Assembly: GCA_017417315.1 (NCBI GenBank)
Contig: JAFPZK010000068.1
Coordinates: forward strand, 5,104-69,103
Source of the DNA: Bacteroidales bacterium
GTDB lineage: Bacteria; Bacteroidota; Bacteroidia; Bacteroidales; UBA3824
DNA length: 64,000 bases
Reading direction: 5' to 3'
The position numbers and the translations under genes were made by a program. Below the pieces are notes generated by a model. It saw only the letters and a program-made list of their open reading frames with translations, was not told the DNA's origin and made no database searches. This document shows, in pieces, positions 1-10,605 of this stretch. The stretch's first letter is position 1. Every line of letters starts with the position of its first letter.

Positions 1-622
1 TTGTTACGACCGTCGTTTTGCCGCAAAGGGGCGAAAGATAAAACGTGAAGTTTTCGTTCGGCTGATAGTCAACACCGATTGCGTAAGTTAAGTAAAGAGG
101 AGACCACCAACGCGAAGTTTTGTGTTTGTCAACGTATTCTTCACCGTTGTCGTCTTTTTGTTTGGTGTATACGTAACCGTTTGCAAACTGGCTCTTGTAG
201 TCAAAAATTGCAGAATAATAGAATTTTTTGCTGAAAGCATAACCGTATTTTGAAGAAAACTGCAATTTATCGTCGGTTTTTCTGAACTCATCGGGAAGTT
301 GGTCAAAAAGTTTTACCGTACCGTACTGAGCCATAACCGCGTTTTGCCAAGAATGTTTATCTTTTGCGAAATTGGCGTTGAAGTTTGCCAATGCGTTGAA
401 ACCTAATTGTCTGTCACCGCCGGCTGACCAGTTTTTCAAACCCGTGTGAGCGGCTGTCAGGGATAACATTCCCGAAAGTTTCCAGTTTGAAGCACTATCA
501 ACGGTAGCCGTTTTTTTAGAATCTTTTGCAAGACCGGCGACCTCTTTTGCTACCTCGTCGGTTTGTGCGTTAGCGGCAAAAGTCATTGCCGAGAACGCTA
601 ACATTAATACTGATTTTTTCAT
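1..622 (-). CDS. secreted / outer-membrane protein, C-terminal part runs off the window (DUF3078-like beta-barrel is only a guess)
   Basis: Absent from the ORF track because no stop lies inside the window. The reverse complement from ATG 622-620 reads MKKSVLMLAFSAMTFAANAQTDEVAKEVAGLAKD... (cleavable signal peptide) and stays open to base 1 (...YKSQFANGYVY...LTYAIGVDYQPNENFTFYLSP). Confidence 0.5.
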   Translation of the reverse strand, partial: MKKSVLMLAFSAMTFAANAQTDEVAKEVAGLAKDSKKTATVDSASNWKLSGMLSLTAAHTGLKNWSAGGDRQLGFNALANFNANFAKDKHSWQNAVMAQYGTVKLFDQLPDEFRKTDDKLQFSSKYGYAFSKKFYYSAIFDYKSQFANGYVYTKQKDDNGEEYVDKHKTSRWWSPLYLTYAIGVDYQPNENFTFYLSPLCGKTTVVT

Positions 623-636
623 CTCTTTTATTTTTA

Positions 637-1185
637 TTAAAACCTATAATAATCCTTTAACTCTTTTGAAAAGTTTTTGTGATAAATTTCCCATTTTGCT
701 TTAAACTCCTTTACGGCTTGATTATCGGGCTGTTTTTTCCAATAATTTTTCAGAGCCATAACGTTTACGGAGTCTTTATTTACAGAGTCAATGCCTTTTA
801 GAAAAGTTATGGCGTTGTCAACGCATAAAAACTTCATTGTTTCATAATCTTTTTTAAAAAGCGGATAATAATAATCCAAGATAAATTTTTGCCCTTTTAA
901 GCCGTCTTCTTCGCCGGCGGGAAAAAATTTTGCAACTTGCAGGTAATTATATGCGGTCATCATCTGTTTTGACGGCGGAATTTCTGATATTGTTACGCCT
1001 TCGGGTATTTCTTTTGAGAAAATTGTCCCTGCCTTGTAGACCAAATATTTAGGTATAAAGAAAAACAACAACGCTACTAAAACCGCAGCATAAAGGGCAT
1101 ATTTTAGAATCGAAGACTTTTTCCTTTTTATATTGTGTTTAAAATAGACCATATCAAGTTTATTTTTTCGCCGCAAAGTTAACAT
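637..1185 (-). CDS. hypothetical membrane-anchored protein
   Basis: 182-aa ORF with one N-terminal TM helix (ILKYALYAAVLVALLFFFIP). No family recognised. Confidence 0.5.
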   Translation of the reverse strand: MLTLRRKNKLDMVYFKHNIKRKKSSILKYALYAAVLVALLFFFIPKYLVYKAGTIFSKEIPEGVTISEIPPSKQMMTAYNYLQVAKFFPAGEEDGLKGQKFILDYYYPLFKKDYETMKFLCVDNAITFLKGIDSVNKDSVNVMALKNYWKKQPDNQAVKEFKAKWEIYHKNFSKELKDYYRF

Positions 1186-1313
1186 TATTAAATAAAATAT
1201 GCTATTTTTGCTTAAAAAATATACAATAACTTAACGAATGACTTTTAATGTTAAATTTTGGGAAAATGTGCAAAAAAAACGTCAAAAAATTTGGTTGCTT
1301 AAACAAATGTTTC

Positions 1314-1321
1314 TACTTTTG
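1314..1321 (+). promoter_or_regulatory. Bacteroidetes-type -7 box (TActTTTG) upstream of the tRNA
   Basis: Matches TAnnTTTG and lies about 20 nt upstream of the tRNA 5' end. Confidence 0.35.
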
Positions 1322-1341
1322 CAGCGTGAAACAAATGACAT

Positions 1342-1414
<73 letters not shown>

Positions 1415-1428
1415 CTAAAAAATCTTAA

Positions 1429-1461
1429 AAATCCTGACCTGAGCGGTCGGGATTTTTTTTT
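1429..1461 (+). terminator. rho-independent terminator after the tRNA
   Basis: Stem aaatcctgacc / ggtcgggattt (one G-T), 5-nt loop, followed by a T-run. Confidence 0.7.
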
Positions 1462-1476
1462 CAGATATTTTTGTTA

Positions 1477-1484
1477 TATATTTG
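1477..1484 (+). promoter_or_regulatory. -7 box TAtaTTTG upstream of panC
   Basis: TAnnTTTG motif 29 nt upstream of ATG 1513. Confidence 0.4.
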
Positions 1485-1512
1485 CAACGGTTTGTTATAA
1501 ATATTAAACGTT

Positions 1513-2358
1513 ATGGAAATATTTTACGAAATTACTCCGCTGAAAAAAAAATTGGCGGCTTTGAAATCACAAAGCAAAAAAATCGGTTTTGTTGCAACTA
1601 TGGGTGCGTTGCACGCCGGTCATATTTCGCTTGTAGAGACTTCTAACAGAGAAAATGACATTACCGTGGTGAGCATTTTTGTTAATCCCACGCAGTTCAA
1701 CAACAAGGAAGACCTCGAAAAATATCCGCGTAATACAGAGGCTGACATTCGTCTTTTGGAGGATAATGAGTGTGATATAGTTTTTATCCCGTCAGTAGAA
1801 GAAATGTACCCCGAAGAGGATACGAGAGTTTTTGAATTAGGCTCTGTTGCGGAGGTGATGGAAGGCAAATTCCGTCCGGGACATTTCAACGGCGTTTGTC
1901 AGATTGTAAGCAAACTTTTGGATATTATCTCTCCTGACAATGCTTATTTCGGTCAGAAAGATTATCAGCAGATTGCCGTCGTTAAGGCGATGGTTAAGAA
2001 ATATATGCCTAAATTTAAGGGTAATATCGTGCCGTGTCCGATTAAGAGGGAGGCTGACGGTCTGGCTCTTAGCAGCAGAAATTCTCACCTTAATCCCGAA
2101 CAAAGAAAATCGGCAGTGCTTATTTCCAAAACTTTATTCAAAGTTAAAGAAATGTCCGATAATGGCGCAACTCAAAAAGAAATTACCGATTTCGTGAAAA
2201 AGAATATCGCTACGGACGCTAATCTTTGTCTTGAATACGTAGAAATTGCAGATAAGGATACTTTGTTGCCCGTAGAGGGAAATTTACCCGTTAACGCGGT
2301 GGTTTGCGTTACCGTTTTTGACGGTTCTACAAGGTTGATTGATAATATTTTGCTTTAA
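1513..2358 (+). CDS. panC: pantoate--beta-alanine ligase
   Basis: 281 aa with the MGALHAGHISLV HIGH-like motif, typical PanC length, and adjacency to panD. Confidence 0.95.
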   Translation: MEIFYEITPLKKKLAALKSQSKKIGFVATMGALHAGHISLVETSNRENDITVVSIFVNPTQFNNKEDLEKYPRNTEADIRLLEDNECDIVFIPSVEEMYPEEDTRVFELGSVAEVMEGKFRPGHFNGVCQIVSKLLDIISPDNAYFGQKDYQQIAVVKAMVKKYMPKFKGNIVPCPIKREADGLALSSRNSHLNPEQRKSAVLISKTLFKVKEMSDNGATQKEITDFVKKNIATDANLCLEYVEIADKDTLLPVEGNLPVNAVVCVTVFDGSTRLIDNILL

Positions 2359-2367
2359 CAAAAGAGA

Positions 2368-2718
2368 ATGAATATAGAGGTTTTAAAATCGAAAATTCAC
2401 CGCGTAAAACTGACTGAGGCAAACCTTCAATACATCGGCAGCATAACGATTGATGCGGCGTTGATGAAGGCGGCAAACCTGATAGAAAACGAGAAGGTTC
2501 AGGTTGTTAACGTTAATAACGGCGAAAGACTTGATACATACGTTATTAAAGGCGAAGAAAATTCGGGTTGCATTTGCCTTAACGGTCCGGCGGCAAGAAA
2601 AGCAACCGTCGGAGATTTGGTAATTATTATGTCGTATGCTTCGATGGACTTTGAGGAGGCAAAAACTTTTAAGCCGAGTGTGATTTTCCCTGATAGTAAT
2701 ACGAACAGACTTTTGTAA
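2368..2718 (+). CDS. panD: aspartate 1-decarboxylase (pyruvoyl-dependent)
   Basis: 116 aa, [29 protein letters not shown], with the Gly-Ser self-cleavage site. Confidence 0.95.
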   Translation: MNIEVLKSKIHRVKLTEANLQYIGSITIDAALMKAANLIENEKVQVVNVNNGERLDTYVIKGEENSGCICLNGPAARKATVGDLVIIMSYASMDFEEAKTFKPSVIFPDSNTNRLL

Positions 2719-2732
2719 AAAATATATCAGAT

Positions 2733-3587
2733 ATGGCCAAACAAAAAAAAGAAAAAGATAAAGATAAATATAAAATTGTTTTTTACAATGAAACTTCTTT
2801 AAGGGAGATTAATTCATGGAGCGTTACACCTCTTAACATAGTTGCGTATGCCGGTGTGATATTCGTGATAGTGGTTTTGGTGGCAGTGTTGATATTGATT
2901 TATTCGCCTATTAACAGATTGTTGCCGAGACAGGAAAATGCAGACTTTATTCAAAAAATTGAAGAATATTCCGTGAGGGTGGATAGTGTTGAAAAGGTTT
3001 TGGAGACCCGTGTAGAGTTTTTTTCCTCTATTCGCAATATTATGACTAACAATCCGCAGGCAAACGGTAGTTATGCTGATACCGTCATATCAAATGACTC
3101 GAAGGTCAAGATAGATAAGTTTACTGAAAAGAAGCAGGATTCTCTTTTGCGCAGTATTATCGAAATTGAGACGAAAGCCACTTCCGAAATCATAAACGAA
3201 ACCGCTAAGAAAGAAAAACACAAAACGTTTTTTAATCCGATTAGGGGTATGGTTACCTCGCGTTTTGATGCCGTCAGCGGACATCTCGGTATTGATATTG
3301 CTGCAAAAGAAGGTGAACCGGTACTTGCGGCTTATCCGGGAACGGTTATACTTGCAACTTGGAGCAGCGAAACCGGCAATGTAATTCAGATTCAGCATGT
3401 TGACAATTTTATTTCGATTTATAAGCATAATTCTGCATTGTTGAAAAAAGTCGGAGATAAAGTCAGCACTGGCGAGCCGATTGCGATTGTCGGAAATTCG
3501 GGAGAATTTACCTCAGGAACGCATCTTCATTTTGAACTTTGGCACAACGGAGTAGCCGTTGACCCCGAAAAGTATATTATTGAGTGA
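2733..3587 (+). CDS. M23 family metallopeptidase, membrane anchored
   Basis: N-terminal TM helix. C-terminal LytM motifs HLGIDIAA ... GNSGEFTSGTHLHFELW. Confidence 0.85.
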   Translation: MAKQKKEKDKDKYKIVFYNETSLREINSWSVTPLNIVAYAGVIFVIVVLVAVLILIYSPINRLLPRQENADFIQKIEEYSVRVDSVEKVLETRVEFFSSIRNIMTNNPQANGSYADTVISNDSKVKIDKFTEKKQDSLLRSIIEIETKATSEIINETAKKEKHKTFFNPIRGMVTSRFDAVSGHLGIDIAAKEGEPVLAAYPGTVILATWSSETGNVIQIQHVDNFISIYKHNSALLKKVGDKVSTGEPIAIVGNSGEFTSGTHLHFELWHNGVAVDPEKYIIE

Positions 3588-3594
3588 AAAAATT

Positions 3595-4761
3595 ATGGAA
3601 GAGATTTCAAAAAGAAGAATTGCTGTTTTGGGTTCTACGGGTAGTATCGGTACTCAGACCTTAGATGTTATCAGACGAAATCCTCAAAAGTTTTGCGCGG
3701 AAATCTTAGTTGCCGGCAAAAATTGGGAACTTCTTGCTAAACAAGCAATTGAGTTTCAGCCAAACGCTGTTGTTATCGGTGATGACACTCATTTCCTTGA
3801 CCTGAAAGCCGCATTGGAGAATTATCCGATAAAAGTTTACGCCGGTAAAGAAGCCGTTAATCAAGTGGTTGAATTTGAGACCGTTGATATGGTTGTGGCT
3901 GCTATGGTCGGATATTCGGGACTTTCTTCCGTTATCAATGCCATAAGACATAAAAAAATTGTCGCACTTGCTAATAAAGAAACACTTGTGGCGGCGGGAA
4001 AAATAGTTATCGGTGAGGCTATTGAAAATGGTGTGCCGATACTTCCCGTGGACAGCGAACATTCAGCAATTTTTCAATGTATAGTAGGGGAGACCTCTAA
4101 CGAAATCGAGAAAATACTTCTTACCGCCTCGGGCGGACCTTTCAGAGGAAAAGACAGGGATTTTTTGAAGACCGTTAAGAAAGAACAGGCTTTGAAACAC
4201 CCGAACTGGAATATGGGCGCAAAAGTTACGATAGATTCGGCTTCGCTTATGAATAAGGGCTTGGAAACTATTGAGGCTATGCACTTGTTTAATGTTCCCG
4301 TTGAAAAAATAGAAGTTCTCGTTCACCCGCAGAGTATTATTCATTCGGGCGTACAGTTTGAGGACGGTTCGGTAAAAATGCAACTCGGTATGCCTGATAT
4401 GAGGCTTCCGATTCAGTTTGCATTGGGCTATCCCGAAAGATTAAAAAGCACTTTTGAAAGGGTGGATTTCTTTTCTCTTCCGCAGGGCTTAACGTTTGAA
4501 AAACCTGATTTAACGGTGTTTAGAAATCTTGCTTTGGCGGTTTATGCTGCTAAAAAAGGCGGCAACCTCGCCTGCGCAATGAATGCCGCAAACGAAGTTG
4601 CCGTAAAAAGGTTTCTTGACGATAAAATCGGATTTTTAGAAATGTCGGATTTGATTGAAAAGACTATGGAGAAAACGTCTTTTATTCAAAACCCGACATT
4701 AGAGGATATTACTTTGACTCACGAAGAAGCAACTGAGATTGCAGAGAGTTTGTGTCGGTAA
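3595..4761 (+). CDS. dxr: 1-deoxy-D-xylulose 5-phosphate reductoisomerase
   Basis: VLGSTGSIGTQTLDV NADPH motif, with LPVDSEHSAIFQC and HPNWNMG motifs. The track start at 3559 is TTG inside the M23 gene, so ATG 3595 is preferred. Confidence 0.95.
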   Translation: MEEISKRRIAVLGSTGSIGTQTLDVIRRNPQKFCAEILVAGKNWELLAKQAIEFQPNAVVIGDDTHFLDLKAALENYPIKVYAGKEAVNQVVEFETVDMVVAAMVGYSGLSSVINAIRHKKIVALANKETLVAAGKIVIGEAIENGVPILPVDSEHSAIFQCIVGETSNEIEKILLTASGGPFRGKDRDFLKTVKKEQALKHPNWNMGAKVTIDSASLMNKGLETIEAMHLFNVPVEKIEVLVHPQSIIHSGVQFEDGSVKMQLGMPDMRLPIQFALGYPERLKSTFERVDFFSLPQGLTFEKPDLTVFRNLALAVYAAKKGGNLACAMNAANEVAVKRFLDDKIGFLEMSDLIEKTMEKTSFIQNPTLEDITLTHEEATEIAESLCR

Positions 4762-6573
4762 TTATTTTATTACCAACACAAAACCTCCGCGTTTCTGCAT
4801 TTCAACTTTTTGAGGTAAAGTTTTTACTTTTTGAATTTTCCAATTTCCGTCCGTTGCGTCAGAAAATATCTGAATTTCTTTCGCTCCTTTTATAAAACTC
4901 AAATCCAAACCGGCAGTTAATGTTTCGTCTTTGCCGTTAATGCCGCTGATATACCAAATATCACCTTTTCTTCTTGCTAAAACAGCGTATTCTCCCGGAT
5001 AACCGCAAACGAATTTTGTTTCGTCCCATGCGGCGGGAAGTTGTCCGAAGAAGTTTTTAACAGCAGCAGGCTGTGCTAAAAGACTTTCAGGACGGTCGGC
5101 AATATGTTGAAGTCCCGATTCAAAAAGCACCGTCAAAGCCAATTCATGAGCCTTTGAAGTAATGTGCGGGTGCTGAGAATCCGAAAATGCACACGGCGTA
5201 TAATCCATTGGTCCGATGACGTTTCTCGTGAAAGGTAATGTAGCATTATGACATGCCGCTTTGTCGGTGAAAGTCGGGACGTTGTTGTACCATTCAGCAC
5301 CGTAAACGCCTTCTGTACTAAGAAGATGCGGATAAGTGCGTTGCCAGCCTCTCGGAATTGTTGCGCCGTGAAAGTTTACGGTTAAATGATGTTTTGCCGC
5401 ACTTTCCAAAAGTTCGATTGCGTAAGCCATGTTTTTGTTGTTGTCGCCGGAAAAAAAGTCGATTTTAACGCCCGCAACACCGATTTTTTCGCACCAAGAA
5501 AACTCTTTTTCTCTATCTTCGGGCTTATTCAGGCGAAACTTAGGACCGGGTGCGCCGTCAATCCAACCTATTGAAGAATTATACCAAATAAGCGGCTTTA
5601 TGTTATTGTCATTGGCGTATTTAACTGCGTCTTCAATTGTCTTGCCGTCTTTCATTTCGTCCCATTCTGCATCGATTAGCACGTAAGGAAGTTTTAACAA
5701 AACTGCCATGTCAACGTATTTCTTTATGATTTCGTAATCGTTGGAGCCGTGATTGTATGCCCAATAAATCCATGACACAACGCCCGGTTTTATCCATTTA
5801 GTATCGGTTATGGTTGTGGGTGCTGACAAATCCGTTATGAGTGTGCTTTCTACTATATCAGAGAGTTTGCCGATAATTGCAACGCGCCACGGCGTAAAGA
5901 AATCGCCCGAAATCTTTCTTTCGTTGTTGTCAGGACGGACTTCAAAAGTTTCTAAATCGTTATCGTTCCAAAGGCTTGAAGCACTATTATAAGCCTTGAC
6001 GTCAGCCTCCGAAATAAGAACGAAACAGTCCTTAACCGGTTCTAAAAGAGCGGGATAGCCCCAACGACAGTTGAAACCGTCTTTTGATTTGTGGATTCCT
6101 GAAAAACTCGGTACGGGTTCTTCTTTTGCGGTTGTTGATTCAGGAAAAAAGCCTTCGTAAGACTCGCACCACTGCTCAAACCAGCGTTTTGTACCTTCTT
6201 TAATTAAAAAACTCGTTTTTTCTTGCGGAATGTCCGCGCCGTCTTTCAAACCGTGATAGCGGTAACGAAAAGCCACGCCGTCGTTATAAATCCGCAAAAT
6301 AAGTTCGGTGTTTTTGTCGATGTCAGCGTGAAATTCTTTGCCGGAGTTTTCGCATTTGCTTTTTTTGCCGGCGAGCATTTCGTAACCCTCGTTAACGTTT
6401 TTGTTGAATTTAAAATTAACGTTTTGAAAATTATTGACGGTTAAGACCGTTTGATTGTTGTATTTAACCAAACTGTTCGCGACAGAGATTTTACCGTCAG
6501 GCGACGAAGGGGGTTGCGCCGTTAATTCTGCAAAAGGCAGAATGCTTAAAAGTATTAAAATCAGTAGTTTCAT
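4762..6573 (-). CDS. glycoside hydrolase family 97-like protein
   Basis: Signal peptide MKLLILILLSILPFAELTAQ (ATG 6573). Carries GH97-like blocks RIYNDGVAFRYRY, GVAGVKIDFF and NFHGATIPRGWQRTYPHLLSTEGVYGAEW. Its stop abuts the dxr stop with zero intergenic bases. Confidence 0.7.
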   Translation of the reverse strand: MKLLILILLSILPFAELTAQPPSSPDGKISVANSLVKYNNQTVLTVNNFQNVNFKFNKNVNEGYEMLAGKKSKCENSGKEFHADIDKNTELILRIYNDGVAFRYRYHGLKDGADIPQEKTSFLIKEGTKRWFEQWCESYEGFFPESTTAKEEPVPSFSGIHKSKDGFNCRWGYPALLEPVKDCFVLISEADVKAYNSASSLWNDNDLETFEVRPDNNERKISGDFFTPWRVAIIGKLSDIVESTLITDLSAPTTITDTKWIKPGVVSWIYWAYNHGSNDYEIIKKYVDMAVLLKLPYVLIDAEWDEMKDGKTIEDAVKYANDNNIKPLIWYNSSIGWIDGAPGPKFRLNKPEDREKEFSWCEKIGVAGVKIDFFSGDNNKNMAYAIELLESAAKHHLTVNFHGATIPRGWQRTYPHLLSTEGVYGAEWYNNVPTFTDKAACHNATLPFTRNVIGPMDYTPCAFSDSQHPHITSKAHELALTVLFESGLQHIADRPESLLAQPAAVKNFFGQLPAAWDETKFVCGYPGEYAVLARRKGDIWYISGINGKDETLTAGLDLSFIKGAKEIQIFSDATDGNWKIQKVKTLPQKVEMQKRGGFVLVIK

Positions 6574-6705
6574 TTTTTGTGGATTAAATGTGATGTGCAA
6601 ATGTAACGAGATTTTGTTACAAAAAGAGATATTTTTGTAACAAAATCGTAAACTTTTGTTTCACGGAATCCTTAATTTTACAACGGATTTTAAAAACCTT
6701 TGTTT

Positions 6706-7983
6706 ATGAAACATTTTTTTATATTTTTTACTTTGTTGTTGACATTGTTGTTGCCTTTGCCTTCATGTCATAAAAATTTTGTGCCGTTGAAAGAAGGCGC
6801 GTTTGAAACAGGAAAATACCGCAATGTTTTTCTTGAAGCGGGTCATTCCCAAAAAGAAATCGACGAAAAACTCGAAAGCGTTTTCAACGAAGTTTTTTTC
6901 GGTGAAAACCGTATTTATTTTGAAGTCGGCGATTCGCTCGGCTATATTTCAGATATTAAAAACCGCGATGTCAGGACGGAAGGAATGTCTTACGGAATGA
7001 TGATTGCCGTTCAGTTCGGCAAAAAGGATATTTTTGACCGTCTTTGGCGTTGGAGTAAAAAATATATGCAACATCAAGAAGGTAGCCGCAAAGGTTATTT
7101 TGCTTGGTCATGCAATACTGAGGGAGTTCATAACGCTGAGGGTGCCGCCTCCGACGGTGAACTTTATTACGTTACGGCACTGATTTTTGCGTCAAACCTT
7201 TGGGGCAATACCTCCGGCATTGACTATAAAGCCGAGGCTCAAAACATTTTGAACTGCGCCATGGAGAAAAAGGGTGAAGAAGGTGCAATGCCGCTTATCA
7301 ACAAAGAAAATTGTCTTATTACTTTTACGCCGGACAAATTCGGCAGTATGTTTACCGACCCGTCATATCATATTCCGGCTTTTTACGAGGTTTGGGCTAA
7401 ATGGGCTGATGACGGCAGAAAAGATTTTTGGCTTTCGGCTGCTGATTCTTCAAGAGTGTTTCTTCATAAAGCGGTTCATAAAAAAACCGGTCTTAATCCT
7501 GATTTCTGTAAATACGACGGAACGCTTTTTGACGACCCGCGTTGGAAAGCCGTCGGCAATTTCCGTTATGACTCTTGGCGTGTCCCGATGAATATCGCCC
7601 TTGATTATCAATGGAGTTGCGCTGACAGAGATTGGCAGAGAGATTACGGCGAAAAAATTCAGAACTTTTTTTATTCAGAGGGCATAAACTCTTACGTTGA
7701 TCAGTACAGAATTGACGGTAGCCGTCCCGATGAAGATGAAATTTTACAAGCCGGAAATTATCCGAAAGCGTTAAGACATTCGGTAGGATTGGTTTCAACG
7801 CTTGCTACTGCTTCGATAATGTGTTCACATTCAAAGAGTAAAGAATTTGTTGAGGCACTTTGGATTTTGAAACATGCTCCGCTTCTAGACGGATATTTTG
7901 ATGCTTATTACGACGGACTTTTGAGACTTTTTGCTTTTATGCACCTCAGCGGAAAATATCGTGTTATAGAACCTAAAAAATAA
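6706..7983 (+). CDS. glycoside hydrolase family 8-like (exo-oligoxylanase-type) lipoprotein
   Basis: Signal peptide/lipobox (LPSC). RTEGMSYGMMIAVQ resembles the GH8 catalytic-Glu block SEGQSYGM. ATG 6706 is preferred over TTG 6700. Confidence 0.7.
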   Translation: MKHFFIFFTLLLTLLLPLPSCHKNFVPLKEGAFETGKYRNVFLEAGHSQKEIDEKLESVFNEVFFGENRIYFEVGDSLGYISDIKNRDVRTEGMSYGMMIAVQFGKKDIFDRLWRWSKKYMQHQEGSRKGYFAWSCNTEGVHNAEGAASDGELYYVTALIFASNLWGNTSGIDYKAEAQNILNCAMEKKGEEGAMPLINKENCLITFTPDKFGSMFTDPSYHIPAFYEVWAKWADDGRKDFWLSAADSSRVFLHKAVHKKTGLNPDFCKYDGTLFDDPRWKAVGNFRYDSWRVPMNIALDYQWSCADRDWQRDYGEKIQNFFYSEGINSYVDQYRIDGSRPDEDEILQAGNYPKALRHSVGLVSTLATASIMCSHSKSKEFVEALWILKHAPLLDGYFDAYYDGLLRLFAFMHLSGKYRVIEPKK

Positions 7984-7992
7984 TATCAGTAT

Positions 7993-10575
7993 ATGAAAAG
8001 ACATTTTTTAACATTAGTAGCGGTTTTGACCTTGGGACTCGGTGCTGTCAACGCCCAAAATTATCCCTATCAAAACCCGTCGCTCAGCGCAAAGGAACGC
8101 GCAACAGACCTTTGCAGCCGCCTTACTTTGGAAGAAAAGGCGCAATTAATGCTTGACGAATCACCGGCAATCGAAAGGCTCGGAATCAAAAAATTCTTTT
8201 GGTGGAGCGAGGCTTTGCACGGTGCGGCGAATATGGGCAACGTTACCGTTTTTCCCGAACCCGTCGCAATGGCTTCAAGTTTTAACCCCGACCTTTTGTA
8301 TAAGGTTTTTGACGTGGCGAGTACGGAATTTCGCGCTCAGTACAACAAACGAATGCTCAGCGGCGGCGAAGACGAAAAATTTCACAGCCTTTCGGTTTGG
8401 ACTCCTAACGTGAATATTTTCAGAGACCCGCGTTGGGGCAGGGGACAGGAGACCTACGGCGAAGACCCGTATCTGACTTCCGTTATGGGCGTTCAGGTGG
8501 TTCGCGGTCTGCAAGGACCTGAGTCGTCAAAATACAGAAAACTTTGGGCTTGTGCTAAACATTACGCCGTACATTCAGGACCGGAATATACACGTCATAC
8601 GGCAAATTTAACTGACGTTTCAGCACGCGATTTTTGGGAAACTTATATGCCGGCATTTAAAGTGTTGGTTCAAGATGCAAAAGTCCGCGAAGTGATGTGC
8701 GCTTATCAACGTCTTGACGACGAACCCTGCTGTGGAAACACCAGACTTTTGCAAAAAATTCTCCGCGATGACTGGGGCTTTAAATATGTGGTTGTTAGCG
8801 ACTGCGGTGCAGTAACTGACTTTTGGGACACGCATAAAAGTTCTTCTGATGCTGTTCATTCAGCATATAAAGGTGTAGTTTCGGGAACAGACGTTGAGTG
8901 CGGTTATAATTACGTTTATAAATCCGTCCCCGAAGCCGTTAAACGCGGTTTGCTCACCGAAGAAGAAGTTAATAAGCACGTTATCAGACTTTTAGAAGGA
9001 CGTTTTGACCTCGGCGAAATGGACTCTTCCGACGAAGTGGAATGGTCAAAAATCCCTGCTTCAAAACTTTCTTGTCAGGAACATAAAAACCTTTCTTTGG
9101 AAATGGCGCGTCAGACGATTGTCTTGTTACAAAACAATAACAACGTTTTGCCGCTGAAAAAGAACGCAGAAAAAATCGCCGTCATCGGTCCTAACGCCGA
9201 CAATACCCCGATGATGTGGGGAAATTACAACGGTATGCCAAATTCTACGGTTAACGTTTTGGACGGAATCAAGTCGAAACAAAAGAACGTCGTTTATTAT
9301 GCCGGTTGCGACCTGACTTACGACAAAGTGCTTGACAGCCGTATTGCTACCGAGTGCAGTTTTGAAGGCAAAAAAGGTTTGAAAGGTACGTTTTGGAACA
9401 ACGTGAAATCGGAAGGCGCACCCGTTACGACCGAGTTTTATACAAATCCCGTAAACGTTACGACGGCGGGAATGCACGTTTTTGCACCGAATGTTAAAAT
9501 CGCTGATTTTTCGGCAAAATATCAGACGGTTTTCTGTCCGAAAGAGGCGGGCGAATACGTGTTGAACGTTGATGGTTGCGGACATTTTGAGGTTTATGTT
9601 AACGGTGAACAAAAGCACAGAGTTCACATTTGGCGCACAACCCCGACCCACACTGTTATCAACGCAAAAGCCGGTGAAAAATTTGAAATCGAAATCCGTT
9701 ACAGTTACGTGACAACTTGGAACTCTGACATCAAAATCAATGTTGCAAAAGAATATCCGATTGATTATCAAACCATTATTAATAAATTGAAAGGCATTAA
9801 CAAAGTGATTTTTGTGGGCGGAATTTCGCCGCAATTAGAAGGCGAGGAAATGCCTGTTAATGCTGACGGTTTCAAAGGCGGCGACCGCACAAACATCGAA
9901 TTGCCGAAAGTTCAGCGCGACTTTTTGAAAGCCTTGAAAGATGCCGGCAAGACGGTGATTTTTGTTAACTGTTCGGGTTCGGCAATCGCATTAGAGCCTG
10001 AAACTAAAACTTGCGACGCGATAGTTCAAGCGTGGTACGCAGGTCAGGAAGGCGGCACGGCTATTGCTGAGGTTTTGTTCGGAGATGTTAATCCGAGCGG
10101 AAAACTGCCCGTAACGTTCTACAAAAATTCATCGCAACTTCCTGATTTTGAAGATTATTCGATGAAAGGCAGAACATACCGTTATTTCAACGACCCGCTG
10201 TTTGCTTTCGGATACGGAATGAGTTACACAAAGTTTGAAATCGGTTCAGGTAAGGTTATAAAAAACGGTGAAAATTACATTGTTAGCGTTCCTGTAAAAA
10301 ATTCGGGAAAAGTAGCCGGAACGGAAATTGTTCAGGTTTACATTAAGGATTTGCAGGACAGCGAAGGTCCGAGAATTTCTTTACGCGGTTTCAAGCGTGT
10401 AGATTTGAAACCCGGCGAGGAGAAAACGGTGGAAATAACTTTAACCCCCAAAGAGTTTGAGTTTTTTGACCCGCACATTTACGAAATGCGAATCAAACCC
10501 GGCGATTACGAAATTTACTACGGTAACTCGTCAAGGGATAAAGATTTGAAAAAGACAATGGTTACGATAAAATAA
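7993..10575 (+). CDS. glycoside hydrolase family 3 beta-glucosidase/beta-xylosidase with inserted PA14-like domain
   Basis: 860 aa with a signal peptide. GH3 blocks FFWWSEALHG, NIFRDPRWGRGQETYGEDP, KHYAVHSGPE and VVSDCGAV. A C-terminal Fn3-like region is present. Confidence 0.9.
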   Translation: MKRHFLTLVAVLTLGLGAVNAQNYPYQNPSLSAKERATDLCSRLTLEEKAQLMLDESPAIERLGIKKFFWWSEALHGAANMGNVTVFPEPVAMASSFNPDLLYKVFDVASTEFRAQYNKRMLSGGEDEKFHSLSVWTPNVNIFRDPRWGRGQETYGEDPYLTSVMGVQVVRGLQGPESSKYRKLWACAKHYAVHSGPEYTRHTANLTDVSARDFWETYMPAFKVLVQDAKVREVMCAYQRLDDEPCCGNTRLLQKILRDDWGFKYVVVSDCGAVTDFWDTHKSSSDAVHSAYKGVVSGTDVECGYNYVYKSVPEAVKRGLLTEEEVNKHVIRLLEGRFDLGEMDSSDEVEWSKIPASKLSCQEHKNLSLEMARQTIVLLQNNNNVLPLKKNAEKIAVIGPNADNTPMMWGNYNGMPNSTVNVLDGIKSKQKNVVYYAGCDLTYDKVLDSRIATECSFEGKKGLKGTFWNNVKSEGAPVTTEFYTNPVNVTTAGMHVFAPNVKIADFSAKYQTVFCPKEAGEYVLNVDGCGHFEVYVNGEQKHRVHIWRTTPTHTVINAKAGEKFEIEIRYSYVTTWNSDIKINVAKEYPIDYQTIINKLKGINKVIFVGGISPQLEGEEMPVNADGFKGGDRTNIELPKVQRDFLKALKDAGKTVIFVNCSGSAIALEPETKTCDAIVQAWYAGQEGGTAIAEVLFGDVNPSGKLPVTFYKNSSQLPDFEDYSMKGRTYRYFNDPLFAFGYGMSYTKFEIGSGKVIKNGENYIVSVPVKNSGKVAGTEIVQVYIKDLQDSEGPRISLRGFKRVDLKPGEEKTVEITLTPKEFEFFDPHIYEMRIKPGDYEIYYGNSSRDKDLKKTMVTIK

Positions 10576-10605
10576 TTGACAGTTGACAATTGACAATTGA
10601 CAGTT

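Noticed and set aside
3559-3594. Upstream TTG start for dxr overlapping the M23 peptidase gene.
   Set aside because: ATG 3595 gives the canonical N-terminus directly preceding the GSTGSIG NADPH motif and removes the overlap. Similar trimming was applied at 6700, 25930, 35368, 42443, 45752, 47444, 53212, 57768 and 62052.
10576-10605. ttgacagttgacaattgacaattgacagtt: four TTGACA hexamers right after the GH3 stop.
   Set aside because: It looks like sigma70 -35 boxes, but Bacteroidetes promoters use TTTG/TAnnTTTG. No -10-like element or downstream gene is in register, and it sits immediately before a terminator. It is most likely a short low-complexity tandem repeat.
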